From positions 1 through 50,830 of the IMG/VR virus record IMGVR_UViG_3300037521_000133: a stretch of 50,830 nucleotides of DNA; one strand, 5' to 3'. The notes beneath the pieces were generated by a model. That model searched no databases and was not told the origin of the DNA. It was given only the letters and a program-made list of their open reading frames with translations. Positions 17,309-25,321 of this stretch are shown here, in pieces; the stretch's first letter is position 1, and every line of letters begins with the position of its first letter. The DNA is from a virus (lineage: Duplodnaviria; Caudoviricetes). A program made the translations under genes and the position numbers.

Positions 17309-17602
17309 ATGAATAATCGAAATACCGTAAGGGCGAATCTTAGAATTAGATTGTATCAGGTTTATTCTGGTGTGTTTGACTCTATCATTGAAATACCAAA
17401 GCACGATAGGTATAAATCAAATGAGGGTGATAAGATTATTGAATTATTCAGAACGAAAATAGGATACTCCAAAACAACATTTGATAGAGATATCCTACAC
17501 ACCGCTGTTATGGGATATGTAAGATGGAAAGAAACAGGTAAAGGGAAACCAATCTACCAAAGCCATCAAACTGTGCGGAAATATAAACTACTTAATTCTT
17601 AG
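17309..17602 (+). CDS. Hypothetical protein
   Basis: 97 aa basic ORF. Confidence 0.6.
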   Translation: MNNRNTVRANLRIRLYQVYSGVFDSIIEIPKHDRYKSNEGDKIIELFRTKIGYSKTTFDRDILHTAVMGYVRWKETGKGKPIYQSHQTVRKYKLLNS

Positions 17603-17605
17603 TAT

Positions 17606-17809
17606 ATGACTAAACAAGAAATATTTAAACAGGAAAGAAAGAACGAATCTATTTGTGATTTTTGTGGTGTCGAAATGGACGAAGTAAAAGCTAAAAAGAA
17701 AAACAGATACAGCAAGGAAAACACGTATTATAAATGCTCTATTTGTGGACATCAACACAGAAAAAGAACATTAAACGAACTTGCAAGAGATTGCGGATTT
17801 AGAAACTAA
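17606..17809 (+). CDS. Zn-ribbon protein
   Basis: CDFCG...CSICG. Confidence 0.7.
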   Translation: MTKQEIFKQERKNESICDFCGVEMDEVKAKKKNRYSKENTYYKCSICGHQHRKRTLNELARDCGFRN

Positions 17810-17820
17810 AAAATAAAACT

Positions 17821-18048
17821 ATGAGTACAGGATGGGAAGATTACGAACCAGCTCCGTTAGAATTTTTTCACGGTGAATTGATGGATGGGTTTCATGAATA
17901 CAGAAAGTCAGTTACGGAAAACACCACCGTTGAGATTAATGGGACTATTTTAAGTAAGATAATCGCAAAGGCAAAGCGATCAACTAAAGCAAAATATCCA
18001 GATAGCATCCTACCAAAAGATGCAATTTTAAAAACAGAGTTCAAATAA
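17821..18048 (+). CDS. Hypothetical protein
   Basis: 75 aa ORF in operon. Confidence 0.6.
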   Translation: MSTGWEDYEPAPLEFFHGELMDGFHEYRKSVTENTTVEINGTILSKIIAKAKRSTKAKYPDSILPKDAILKTEFK

Positions 18049-18058
18049 TCGTTGAATT

Positions 18059-18277
18059 ATGGCACTATCAAAAAAGCAGAAAGAAGACAGAATACACTTT
18101 TGGGTTGTAACTCTCGGTTGTTTCCTAGGGATTGGAATAACTGCAATAGTGGTTCTCAAGGATGAATCAAAACCCGATCAAGAGAAAGTAGATCCAGGAT
18201 ACACGATTTTCGAGAATTCTGACAGCCTAGAAATTACGAATCCAAAGTACTTGGAGGAACACTTTGATACATTGTAA
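18059..18277 (+). CDS. Single-pass membrane protein
   Basis: Hydrophobic segment FWVVTLGCFLGIGITAIVVL. Confidence 0.65.
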   Translation: MALSKKQKEDRIHFWVVTLGCFLGIGITAIVVLKDESKPDQEKVDPGYTIFENSDSLEITNPKYLEEHFDTL

Positions 18278-18279
18278 TT

Positions 18280-18453
18280 ATGAAAGAAGAAACTACAAAA
18301 ATTTGTGACGGGTGTAATGTTCGCGGAGTTTGGGAGCATAGGTGTCACGGTGAAGGTTGTGATTGTGATAACCCTATATGTATGGAATATCAAGGCAAAA
18401 TAACTCACGATGAATTAATGGATATAGTAAACAAGAGTAATGGTTCACGCTAG
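18280..18453 (+). CDS. Small Cys/His-rich protein (57 aa, not in track)
   Basis: CDGC...HRCH..CDC...C. Confidence 0.55.
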   Translation: MKEETTKICDGCNVRGVWEHRCHGEGCDCDNPICMEYQGKITHDELMDIVNKSNGSR

Positions 18454-19309
18454 TTTATTCTCTGGAATCGGAGGTTTCGACCTTGCAGCCGAGTGGATGG
18501 GGTGGAAGAACGCCTTTCATTGTGAATGGAATCCATTTGGACAACGAATATTAAAACACTACTAGCCTAAAGCAAAAAGTTATGAAGACATCACCAAAAC
18601 AGACTTCTCTATTTGGAGAGGAAAAATTGACATCCTCACAGGTGGATTCCCTTGCCAACCGTACAGTAACGCAGGAAGTAGACTTGGAACGGAAGATGAC
18701 CGCCACCTCTGGCCGGAAATGCTTAGAGCGATTCGAGAAATTCAGCCAAGTTGGGTTGTGGGAGAAAACGTTCGTGGGATTGTTAGTTGGAATGAAGGGA
18801 TGGTCTTCGAAGAGGTGCAAGCTGACTTGGAAAATGAAGGGTACAAAGTACAATCGTTTCTACTTCCAGCTTGCTCCGTCGGAGCTCCCCACAGAAGGGA
18901 TCGAGTTTGGTTTATTGCCTACCGTGACAACGGACTCAGTGAACAACAGGAAGAAAAAATACAATCAAGGAGGGAAGCCGCTATCGATGGTAATAAACCA
19001 ACTGATACCGACACCAATGGCGACGGATTACAAAGGGGGAAGGACAACGGAAGCGTTGAAAAAATCAGGACGCTCAGAAAACAACAATCTACAAGATTTC
19101 TTCCACCAACCTGGAAAGACTTCCCAACTCAGCCCTTTATTTGTGGCCGAAATGATGGGCTTCCCACCAAATTGGACAACATTACCGTTTCAAAATGGAG
19201 AAGTGAATCAATCAAAGGATTCGGAAACGCAATAGTTCCAGAGTTAGCACATCAAATTTTTAAATCAATTCAACAATATGTCGATATCACCGAAGAAGAA
19301 GAAATGTAA
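18440..19309 (+). pseudogene. dcm: C5 cytosine DNA methyltransferase, large subunit, interrupted by in-frame TAG at 18563-18565
   Basis: From ATG 18440: motif I SLFSGIGGFD, HY*PKA, motif IV GGFPCQ, motif VI GENV, motif VIII HRRDRV, motif X FGNAIVP, all in one frame. Confidence 0.85.
18582..19235 (+). CDS. Nested alternative-frame small subunit of the C5 methyltransferase
   Basis: 217 aa ORF wholly inside dcm; LPT/IPTP repeats and motif IX-like LSPLFVAEMMGFPPNWT, which the main frame lacks. Confidence 0.75.
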   Translation: MKTSPKQTSLFGEEKLTSSQVDSLANRTVTQEVDLERKMTATSGRKCLERFEKFSQVGLWEKTFVGLLVGMKGWSSKRCKLTWKMKGTKYNRFYFQLAPSELPTEGIEFGLLPTVTTDSVNNRKKKYNQGGKPLSMVINQLIPTPMATDYKGGRTTEALKKSGRSENNNLQDFFHQPGKTSQLSPLFVAEMMGFPPNWTTLPFQNGEVNQSKDSETQ

Positions 19310-20156
19310 GGCTATAGGCAAAGCAACTGGAACCGATGTAACTGGATGTGGAAAAGAGGTTTACAAGCGCACCTATGGATTATGTGACAAATGTTATAAA
19401 GAATGGTTGTTTAATACTCCTGAAGGTAAGCAAAAGCAAAAGCAGAGTTTACCAAAGTGTGATGAATGTGGTGAACGGTTTACTCCGTTCTACAATAATT
19501 CACTTCAAAAGCACTGTATGCAAAAAGATGAATGTATAACGGCTTCTTTAGAGCTTCACAAAGAACAGCAGATAAAAAAAGCTGATCGTGACAAATCCAA
19601 GCATAAAAAGGAAAACATGTCAAAGGACAATTACCGCAAAACGTACATTCAACCTCTGATAAATCACATTGCCAGATTAATTGACAAAGATCAACCATGC
19701 ATTTGTACGGACTTACAAGATGGTAAAATGAGCGGAGGCCATCGACATTCAACAGGATCAAACAGAACATTGACCTATAATTTGCATAATATCCACAATC
19801 AATCTTTTCACTCGAACCACCACCAAAGCGGGGATCATTTGAAATACAGAATTGGATTAAAACGAGTATATGGGAATGATTATGCAGACTACATTGACGA
19901 AAAACTGATGCAATGCCCAAATTTACACTTGGAGAAAGACGATTTAATTGCTGTTAAACCTGTTTTAGAGTCGATTAAAAGACGTTTACTGACATTAAAC
20001 ATGACTTACACCCAAAAACAGAGAAAACGCCTTAGAGACGAAATAAACGAGGAAATAGGATTGTATTCTGATGAATTCGCATCGTTTTCCTACTACCAAG
20101 AATCAAAGAAGAATAAAAAACCAGAAGATAAGAGTCAATTAGGATTAAAATTTTAA
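19278..20156 (+). CDS. ninG: NinG/Rap-like recombination endonuclease with N-terminal Zn fingers
   Basis: RLIDKDQPCIC...GGHRHS.G....L.YNLHNIH.Q....N...SG...YR.GL. Confidence 0.8.
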   Translation: MSISPKKKKCKAIGKATGTDVTGCGKEVYKRTYGLCDKCYKEWLFNTPEGKQKQKQSLPKCDECGERFTPFYNNSLQKHCMQKDECITASLELHKEQQIKKADRDKSKHKKENMSKDNYRKTYIQPLINHIARLIDKDQPCICTDLQDGKMSGGHRHSTGSNRTLTYNLHNIHNQSFHSNHHQSGDHLKYRIGLKRVYGNDYADYIDEKLMQCPNLHLEKDDLIAVKPVLESIKRRLLTLNMTYTQKQRKRLRDEINEEIGLYSDEFASFSYYQESKKNKKPEDKSQLGLKF

Positions 20157-20160
20157 AGAT

Positions 20161-20868
20161 ATGTGGAGTTACTACGGAGCAAAAACAAATGTAATTGATC
20201 ATTATCCACCGCCAAAGGAGGATAAGATTATCGAGCCGTTTGCGGGTACCGCGAGATATGCGTTAAAGTATTTTGAAAAAGATGTTTTGATTGTTGATAA
20301 ATATGATGTAGTGATCAACATTTGGAAATGGTTGCAGAAATGCTCTAAGAAAGATGTGCTGAGTTTACCAAACATGAAATTTAGGGAGCATGTTGATGAT
20401 TATACTTTTGACTGTATAGAAGCAAAGCAGTTAATGGGTTTTATAATTGGTTTCATGACTGAATCACCTAGAAAATCGGCAACAATACGAATGCAACAAC
20501 GACCAAACACAATAAATTTTACACTGAATCGAATATCTAATAATCTACACAAGATTAGACATTGGGAGATTAGGCACGGATCCTTCGAGGATATCAAAAA
20601 CGAGAAAGCTACTTGGTTTATAGATCCGCCATATGTTCAAGGTGGGCAAGTCTACAAATGTAGTAATAAGAACCTCGATTATTTAAAATTAGCTCAATGG
20701 TGTAAATCTAGAGAGGGGCAAACGATAGTGTGTGAAAAACACGGTGCAAACTGGTTGAATTTTAAACCTATAACAACACAAAAAACTAGATTTGGGCGTC
20801 AGAGTGAAGTTATTTGGTCCAACTATCCCACAGCATTCGATAATGAACAAACAAAGATTAATTACTAA
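20161..20868 (+). CDS. Dam-like (D12 class) DNA adenine methyltransferase
   Basis: YYGAK, IEPFAG, FIDPPY. Confidence 0.85.
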   Translation: MWSYYGAKTNVIDHYPPPKEDKIIEPFAGTARYALKYFEKDVLIVDKYDVVINIWKWLQKCSKKDVLSLPNMKFREHVDDYTFDCIEAKQLMGFIIGFMTESPRKSATIRMQQRPNTINFTLNRISNNLHKIRHWEIRHGSFEDIKNEKATWFIDPPYVQGGQVYKCSNKNLDYLKLAQWCKSREGQTIVCEKHGANWLNFKPITTQKTRFGRQSEVIWSNYPTAFDNEQTKINY

Positions 20869-20898
20869 ATTTAACCTCAATATTTACCAGAAACCAAA

Positions 20899-20994
20899 AT
20901 GGAAGAAACACCAACAGGCTTTATACTAGGAGTTGCGTACATAATCACAGCATTAGGCTTTCTGTTTTGGTGTCTTCTTTCCAAAAACAAGTAA
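20899..20994 (+). CDS. Tiny membrane peptide (31 aa, not in track)
   Basis: GFILGVAYIITALGFLFWCLL; AAACCAAAATG start context. Confidence 0.4.
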   Translation: MEETPTGFILGVAYIITALGFLFWCLLSKNK

Positions 20995-21112
20995 CAAATA
21001 CAATCAACATATGGGAAAATCAAGTACAAAGCAAAAATTAGCAACGTTGTGGTCATGGAGACCAACGGTAAAAATTCCAGTTAACAAAGCAAACCCAAAA
21101 TCAATATAAATT

Positions 21113-21583
21113 ATGTCAACAATCAAAAAACCCGAACAATTCAATCTTGCTTCAGTAGAGGTGAAAGGGTCTAAGATGAAAGTATCTTGGATCGACGAGG
21201 GGAATGAACACAGCAGAGTTTCTGCACTTCCAGTGCATCCCGATTTCAAATTAGTAATGAATCGACTTGTTTCCATTCTCACAAAGTATTACGATATGGA
21301 TAAAAGCGATGAATACACTTCATTCAAAAAGGTTGGTGTTAACAATTACGAAGATGATGAAGGTCAATCAGTCCAAGTAAAAGGTGTTTACAGTCATCCA
21401 AATGGAGACCAGAACACTACAATTTCCACGGCAAAGATTCAAACACACCAAGACGCTTACGGTTTTGAAACTGAATTAAAAACATGCATTGGAGAGCTTG
21501 CAGATGAGGCGTGTGCGTATGTATTCGATAACAAGTCTAATCAAGCAGAAATGGACTTTAAAAAAGAAGATGAAGCAGCCTAA
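21113..21583 (+). CDS. Hypothetical protein
   Basis: 156 aa with acidic tail; followed by a hairpin at ~21592-21620. Confidence 0.75.
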   Translation: MSTIKKPEQFNLASVEVKGSKMKVSWIDEGNEHSRVSALPVHPDFKLVMNRLVSILTKYYDMDKSDEYTSFKKVGVNNYEDDEGQSVQVKGVYSHPNGDQNTTISTAKIQTHQDAYGFETELKTCIGELADEACAYVFDNKSNQAEMDFKKEDEAA

Positions 21584-21637
21584 TTATTAACCGCCCTCGG
21601 TATTCTGTATCGGGGGCATTTACCAAAAACTAACATT

Positions 21638-21844
21638 ATGACAGGAAACGCTATTGAACCAAAAGATAAAGCCAAAGAGCTTTACGACCAAATGAAAGGT
21701 TTTCGAGTAACCAATAAGCATAGAAAAAAATGTGCTAGGGTCGCTGCTGAACATCTATTGGGATTAGAAAAAGAATTTGCATGTGGAAACCCACGAGAAT
21801 ATTATCTATACGAAGAAGTATTAACCGAAATTGAGAAATTATGA
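21638..21844 (+). CDS. Hypothetical protein, paralog of 28709-28960
   Basis: KAKEL...KCA...EV.TEIEKL shared. Confidence 0.7.
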   Translation: MTGNAIEPKDKAKELYDQMKGFRVTNKHRKKCARVAAEHLLGLEKEFACGNPREYYLYEEVLTEIEKL

Positions 21845-22188
21845 TTAACGGAGAACACACAGTATTGAAGAAAGAAACTTACGATGGTCTTATGACTCAG
21901 GAGAGATTGTTTAAGGAGTCTGAAGATGAGTACAAAACAGAGATAAAAAACCTCAAAGACAGAGATGTTGTTGCTGAAATTAAAGTTACAAAGCGTAATA
22001 TATGGGGTGAACCTCTTGAATCATTCCTTCTAATCAAAAGCGACTCAAAACTAATCCAAGCATCTTTTGACGAACTGAAACAAATTCACAGAGATGAGTG
22101 TGCTGCCGATAGAAAGGCATACAAAGAACAAATAGACAAACTGACAAACCGTAATTGGTTACAACGTCTAATCAACAAGAAGTCATGA
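21841..22188 (+). CDS. Hypothetical protein
   Basis: ATGA overlap; RNWLQRL C-terminus. Confidence 0.65.
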   Translation: MINGEHTVLKKETYDGLMTQERLFKESEDEYKTEIKNLKDRDVVAEIKVTKRNIWGEPLESFLLIKSDSKLIQASFDELKQIHRDECAADRKAYKEQIDKLTNRNWLQRLINKKS

Positions 22189-22448
22189 TTAAGGAGCTAG
22201 TACAAGGGATAAAGCAAAAATGGAACGGCATAACCGAAAAGGCTAGTGGAGAATTTCAAGCTCGTACCATTCTGATGTTGTTCAACTCGAAACGTTTCTA
22301 TTTTGGCACACGCAAGCAAAGAACCCAACGCTTTCGAGGCTCATTACGGTTGAATAATTCTACCAAGAACAGATCTATCCGGAGCATCAAAACATCAAAC
22401 CATATCGCTAAGGGTATTTACTTCAAAGATTGCCCAGATGGAAACTAG
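22185..22448 (+). CDS. Basic hypothetical protein
   Basis: ATGA overlap start at 22185. Confidence 0.55.
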   Translation: MIKELVQGIKQKWNGITEKASGEFQARTILMLFNSKRFYFGTRKQRTQRFRGSLRLNNSTKNRSIRSIKTSNHIAKGIYFKDCPDGN

Positions 22449-22567
22449 AATGCGCATAATGTGGAGAAACCACCGAGAGGACAAACGAAACGATATATTC
22501 GAAAAGGGCGCACTAATCGGATATTACAAGAATCCAGAAGAAACAGATGGAGATGGAAGTTAATTTG

Positions 22568-22644
22568 TATCTTCGGCTCACTAACAAAGGTTAGTTGTGA
22601 AAGGTTTAGATTAAAAGGGTGATACTACGGTGTTGCCCTTTTTT
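22568..22644 (+). ncRNA. Candidate small RNA / terminator
   Basis: TATCTTCG box, short hairpin CTAAC/GTTAG, terminator AAAAGGGTGATAC-TACG-GTGTTGCCCTTTTTT. Confidence 0.4.
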
Positions 22645-22972
22645 GATAACGCTCCGCTACCTCATCGGACAGTTCGAGACAGGTAGACGGTTACACCTCA
22701 TCAAAAATTTGGCAAATTCAATCCCTACGGGTCGAAATTCAATTTATTTTTCTATGAAAAACAAGCTTTGACTTTCTTTGAATTTGCCTCCCCAAGAAAT
22801 TTAAACAAATCTTCCTCCGCACGTAGTTACAGTACATAAGTTCCCGCATTTTCACTATATTTGAAATGAATCCGACGCTTCTGTTATCCTTAATCAGGTT
22901 TTGAAATTTCGGAATGAATCCTCAACCAGGAGCGGGTTCAAAACCTTCAAGTATAACCCGAAGGTATTCAGA

Positions 22973-23030
22973 CATAACAGCAGTTATAGTCCGTCTTTCA
23001 GACTAATCCAACCTATAACTGAGCATTATG
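22973..23030. repeat. attC-like imperfect palindrome
   Basis: CATAAC-AG-CAGTTATAG...CTATAACTG-AGCA-TTATG. Confidence 0.4.
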
Positions 23031-23113
23031 TTAAATACCCTCACAAACGAGCATTTAACTTATGAAGAAATCTGAAACAAAAACCACTACTCTAGATTAC
23101 AAAATTGAGGGAA

Positions 23114-23587
23114 ATGAAATTTAAAAGAATTGACATCGATATACCTCCATATATGTATCTTGGCATACAAGAAAATATCATGGAAAATAAACCTTTCAAT
23201 TTTAATAAAATCATCAAAGGGGAATTAGTGAACGGAAGCCCGTTTCTAAAATTGAAATACAGAGAAATTGAGCTTGACGCTATGATAGATACTGGAGCCA
23301 AAAAATCCATGTTAGGTAGAAAGATTGTACCATTACTAAAAGAGTGTTACAACATAGAAAAAACAGGTGAAGCAGGCATTAATAACCCAGCGTTTGAATC
23401 AATGGTAATATTAGACACTTTTTTATTAGAGTTTAAAATGCTTGGTATTGATGAATTATTTACTGATGAATTTGTTGAAATGCCAAATGACTATCTATAC
23501 CCAATTCTGTTAGGAACAGATTTTTTAATGAGATGCAAAGAGTTTCATTATATGTCCGACAATAAAACATTTGAATTGTTTCTGTAA
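23114..23587 (+). CDS. Retropepsin-like (clan AA) aspartyl protease
   Basis: AMIDTGA catalytic motif and ILLGTDFL C-terminal motif. Confidence 0.85.
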   Translation: MKFKRIDIDIPPYMYLGIQENIMENKPFNFNKIIKGELVNGSPFLKLKYREIELDAMIDTGAKKSMLGRKIVPLLKECYNIEKTGEAGINNPAFESMVILDTFLLEFKMLGIDELFTDEFVEMPNDYLYPILLGTDFLMRCKEFHYMSDNKTFELFL

Positions 23588-23603
23588 CTCAATCTAGGCG
23601 AAA

Positions 23604-23655
23604 CTACTCATATTCAATGAGTAGCTATTCAGAACCATTATAAATAAATGAGTAC
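23604..23655. promoter_or_regulatory. TACTCAT operator-like sites upstream of the LuxR-type gene
   Basis: CTACTCAT-N5-ATGAGTAG palindrome at 23604-23624; further half-sites at 23648 and 24007. Confidence 0.55.
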
Positions 23656-23726
23656 CCTCACCTATTTCATATACTGTTTTTAATCGTTATTTTGAAGTGA
23701 ACCACTAAGCAATTAAATATTCACTT

Positions 23727-23993
23727 ATGAAAAAAAGCGAGACAAAAGAGTACATTTCTGCTCAAAACAAACGCGCAAGATTAAAACGTATATCCAAGCC
23801 TATCAACGATAAAGAGATAGTAATCATTAAAATGGTATGTGCAGAACTTACATCTAAAGAAATAGCGAAAGCAACCAATCAAAGCTATCGAACAGTTGAA
23901 AATAGTAGGCAGATAATTATGAAAAAGATAGGTTGTGATAGCTCATTTGGAATAATGAAGTACGCAATACAGGAAGGTATTTTTAAATTATAA
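23727..23993 (+). CDS. Stand-alone LuxR/NarL C-terminal HTH regulator
   Basis: INDKEIVIIKMVCAELTSKEIAKATNQSYRTVENSRQIIMKKIG...YAIQEGI. Confidence 0.9.
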   Translation: MKKSETKEYISAQNKRARLKRISKPINDKEIVIIKMVCAELTSKEIAKATNQSYRTVENSRQIIMKKIGCDSSFGIMKYAIQEGIFKL

Positions 23994-24049
23994 CTATGAT
24001 TGTTTGTACTCATTGATTACATTTAGGGTGAACATCAAATTTATTCACC

Positions 24050-24214
24050 ATGGACGAAGAAAACGAAATGACTCAATTAGACCGTATTGAGCATAATCAA
24101 AAAATGATTAAGAATAGGCTTAAAAAAACACATGGAAACACTTTATTTTTCGTGGTATTATTTGTTCTGAGCGTCGCTGCGTCGTTTTTTTTGTACGATA
24201 CTTATAGCGGTTAG
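24050..24214 (+). CDS. Small single-pass membrane protein (54 aa, not in track)
   Basis: LFFVVLFVLSVAASFFLY; TACATTTA box upstream. Confidence 0.55.
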   Translation: MDEENEMTQLDRIEHNQKMIKNRLKKTHGNTLFFVVLFVLSVAASFFLYDTYSG

Positions 24215-24358
24215 ATCCCACGCTGATTTGTTTACCCTTTAAAATTCCTCTTTTTTCTCAAACGAAAAACAGAATTTTTGCAGGGGTATTTCTTGGGGGG
24301 AGTCGAGATCTACAATCTCGTGAAAAGGCCTCACCTTTTCTTGTATGCGATTTTTGCT

Positions 24359-24431
24359 TACATTGCACTTTCATAGAGTAGATTGGTTTATACTTTCGAG
24401 GCTCCACAATAGTAGTTGTGGGGCTTTTTTT
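24359..24431 (+). ncRNA. Candidate small RNA / terminator
   Basis: TACATTGC box, TTTCATAG (anti-start-codon), terminator GGCTCCACAA-TAGTAG-TTGTGGGGCT+T run. Confidence 0.4.
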
Positions 24432-24444
24432 ATATATTGGCATC

Positions 24445-24870
24445 ATGAAACGTTTCATTTTGGTTTTATTGGTGTCTGCTGTATCAGCGTTCGCCAACGC
24501 GTCAGTTACTTTTGATGTCGCGCCACAAATCACAGATGATGTTATCATATCCACAGATGTAGACGCTCCAGCAATGGAGATTGTAAACACAATGGATTAT
24601 GATTTCACCATTACAAGAGAACATGTCTTGTTTAGCGAGGCAACGATCACAGTTATTTCATCTTACCCAATAATCCCGATCGACATCGATCATGATTACG
24701 GACTGATTTTATCAGAAGATGCCAAGGGAATTAACAGTACAACAGAACTTGGAGGTATAGCGGAAACTTATCAAACACAATATTTGCGAACCAATTACAA
24801 TAAGTATCAGGCATGCAAAGAGTTTTATAATTGTAGAAATACAGGAAGTTATACCGCCTCTCATTCGTAG
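24445..24870 (+). CDS. Secreted/periplasmic acidic protein
   Basis: Sec signal peptide MKRFILVLLVSAVSAFANA; flanked by terminators. Confidence 0.75.
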   Translation: MKRFILVLLVSAVSAFANASVTFDVAPQITDDVIISTDVDAPAMEIVNTMDYDFTITREHVLFSEATITVISSYPIIPIDIDHDYGLILSEDAKGINSTTELGGIAETYQTQYLRTNYNKYQACKEFYNCRNTGSYTASHS

Positions 24871-24891
24871 AGGCCACACACGATAGTATTT

Positions 24892-24929
24892 AACCCTCAT
24901 TATTGATTTAATGAGGGTTTTCTTTTTTT
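24892..24929 (+). terminator. Intrinsic terminator
   Basis: AACCCTCATTA-loop-TAATGAGGGTT followed by a T-rich tail. Confidence 0.75.
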
Positions 24930-24959
24930 CGTACATTTGGAACACCAAAACAAGCAAAC

Positions 24960-25319
24960 ATGAACATACTAAAAACAATCTGGCTTTACTTCTACTACGG
25001 GATATCAACTATATGGCTTTTCACGGTGTACATGACAACAAGAATAATGAAGGCTCCACTTTGGGATGTTGAAATAGATCCATTTGCTTCCTGGAGGCTC
25101 TTTGACGATCAAATACTACGCGACACCTCAATATTCACAGTAACAGCCCTACTAGCAACAGGCTACTACTTTCTATCATGGTGGTGGTTCCTAATAGCTC
25201 TAGGCATCGCAATACTAAATTTCATTGTATTCATTGTGTGGCTATGGATAAAGTCCCGCAAAGAAGATTCAGACATTGGAACGACAATAGCAGTGTTAAA
25301 AGGTAAATTTAAAAGGTAA
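24960..25319 (+). CDS. Multi-pass membrane protein
   Basis: About three hydrophobic segments; canonical TACATTTG box at ~24932. Confidence 0.75.
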   Translation: MNILKTIWLYFYYGISTIWLFTVYMTTRIMKAPLWDVEIDPFASWRLFDDQILRDTSIFTVTALLATGYYFLSWWWFLIALGIAILNFIVFIVWLWIKSRKEDSDIGTTIAVLKGKFKR

Positions 25320-25321
25320 TT

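Noticed and set aside
17095-17316. Single gene interrupted by in-frame TGA at 17167
   Set aside because: The TGA is followed by ATT-ATG in a normal start context, so two tiny adjacent ORFs are equally plausible; no homology evidence
18563-18565. Genome-wide TAG recoding
   Set aside because: Only one internal TAG was seen; long genes are open in the standard code, several genes (e.g. terL) end cleanly in TAG, and no suppressor tRNA was identified
23105-23124. Programmed frameshift fusing the MKKSETK mini-ORF to the protease
   Set aside because: It would need a +1 shift with no convincing signal; ATG 23114 explains the protease
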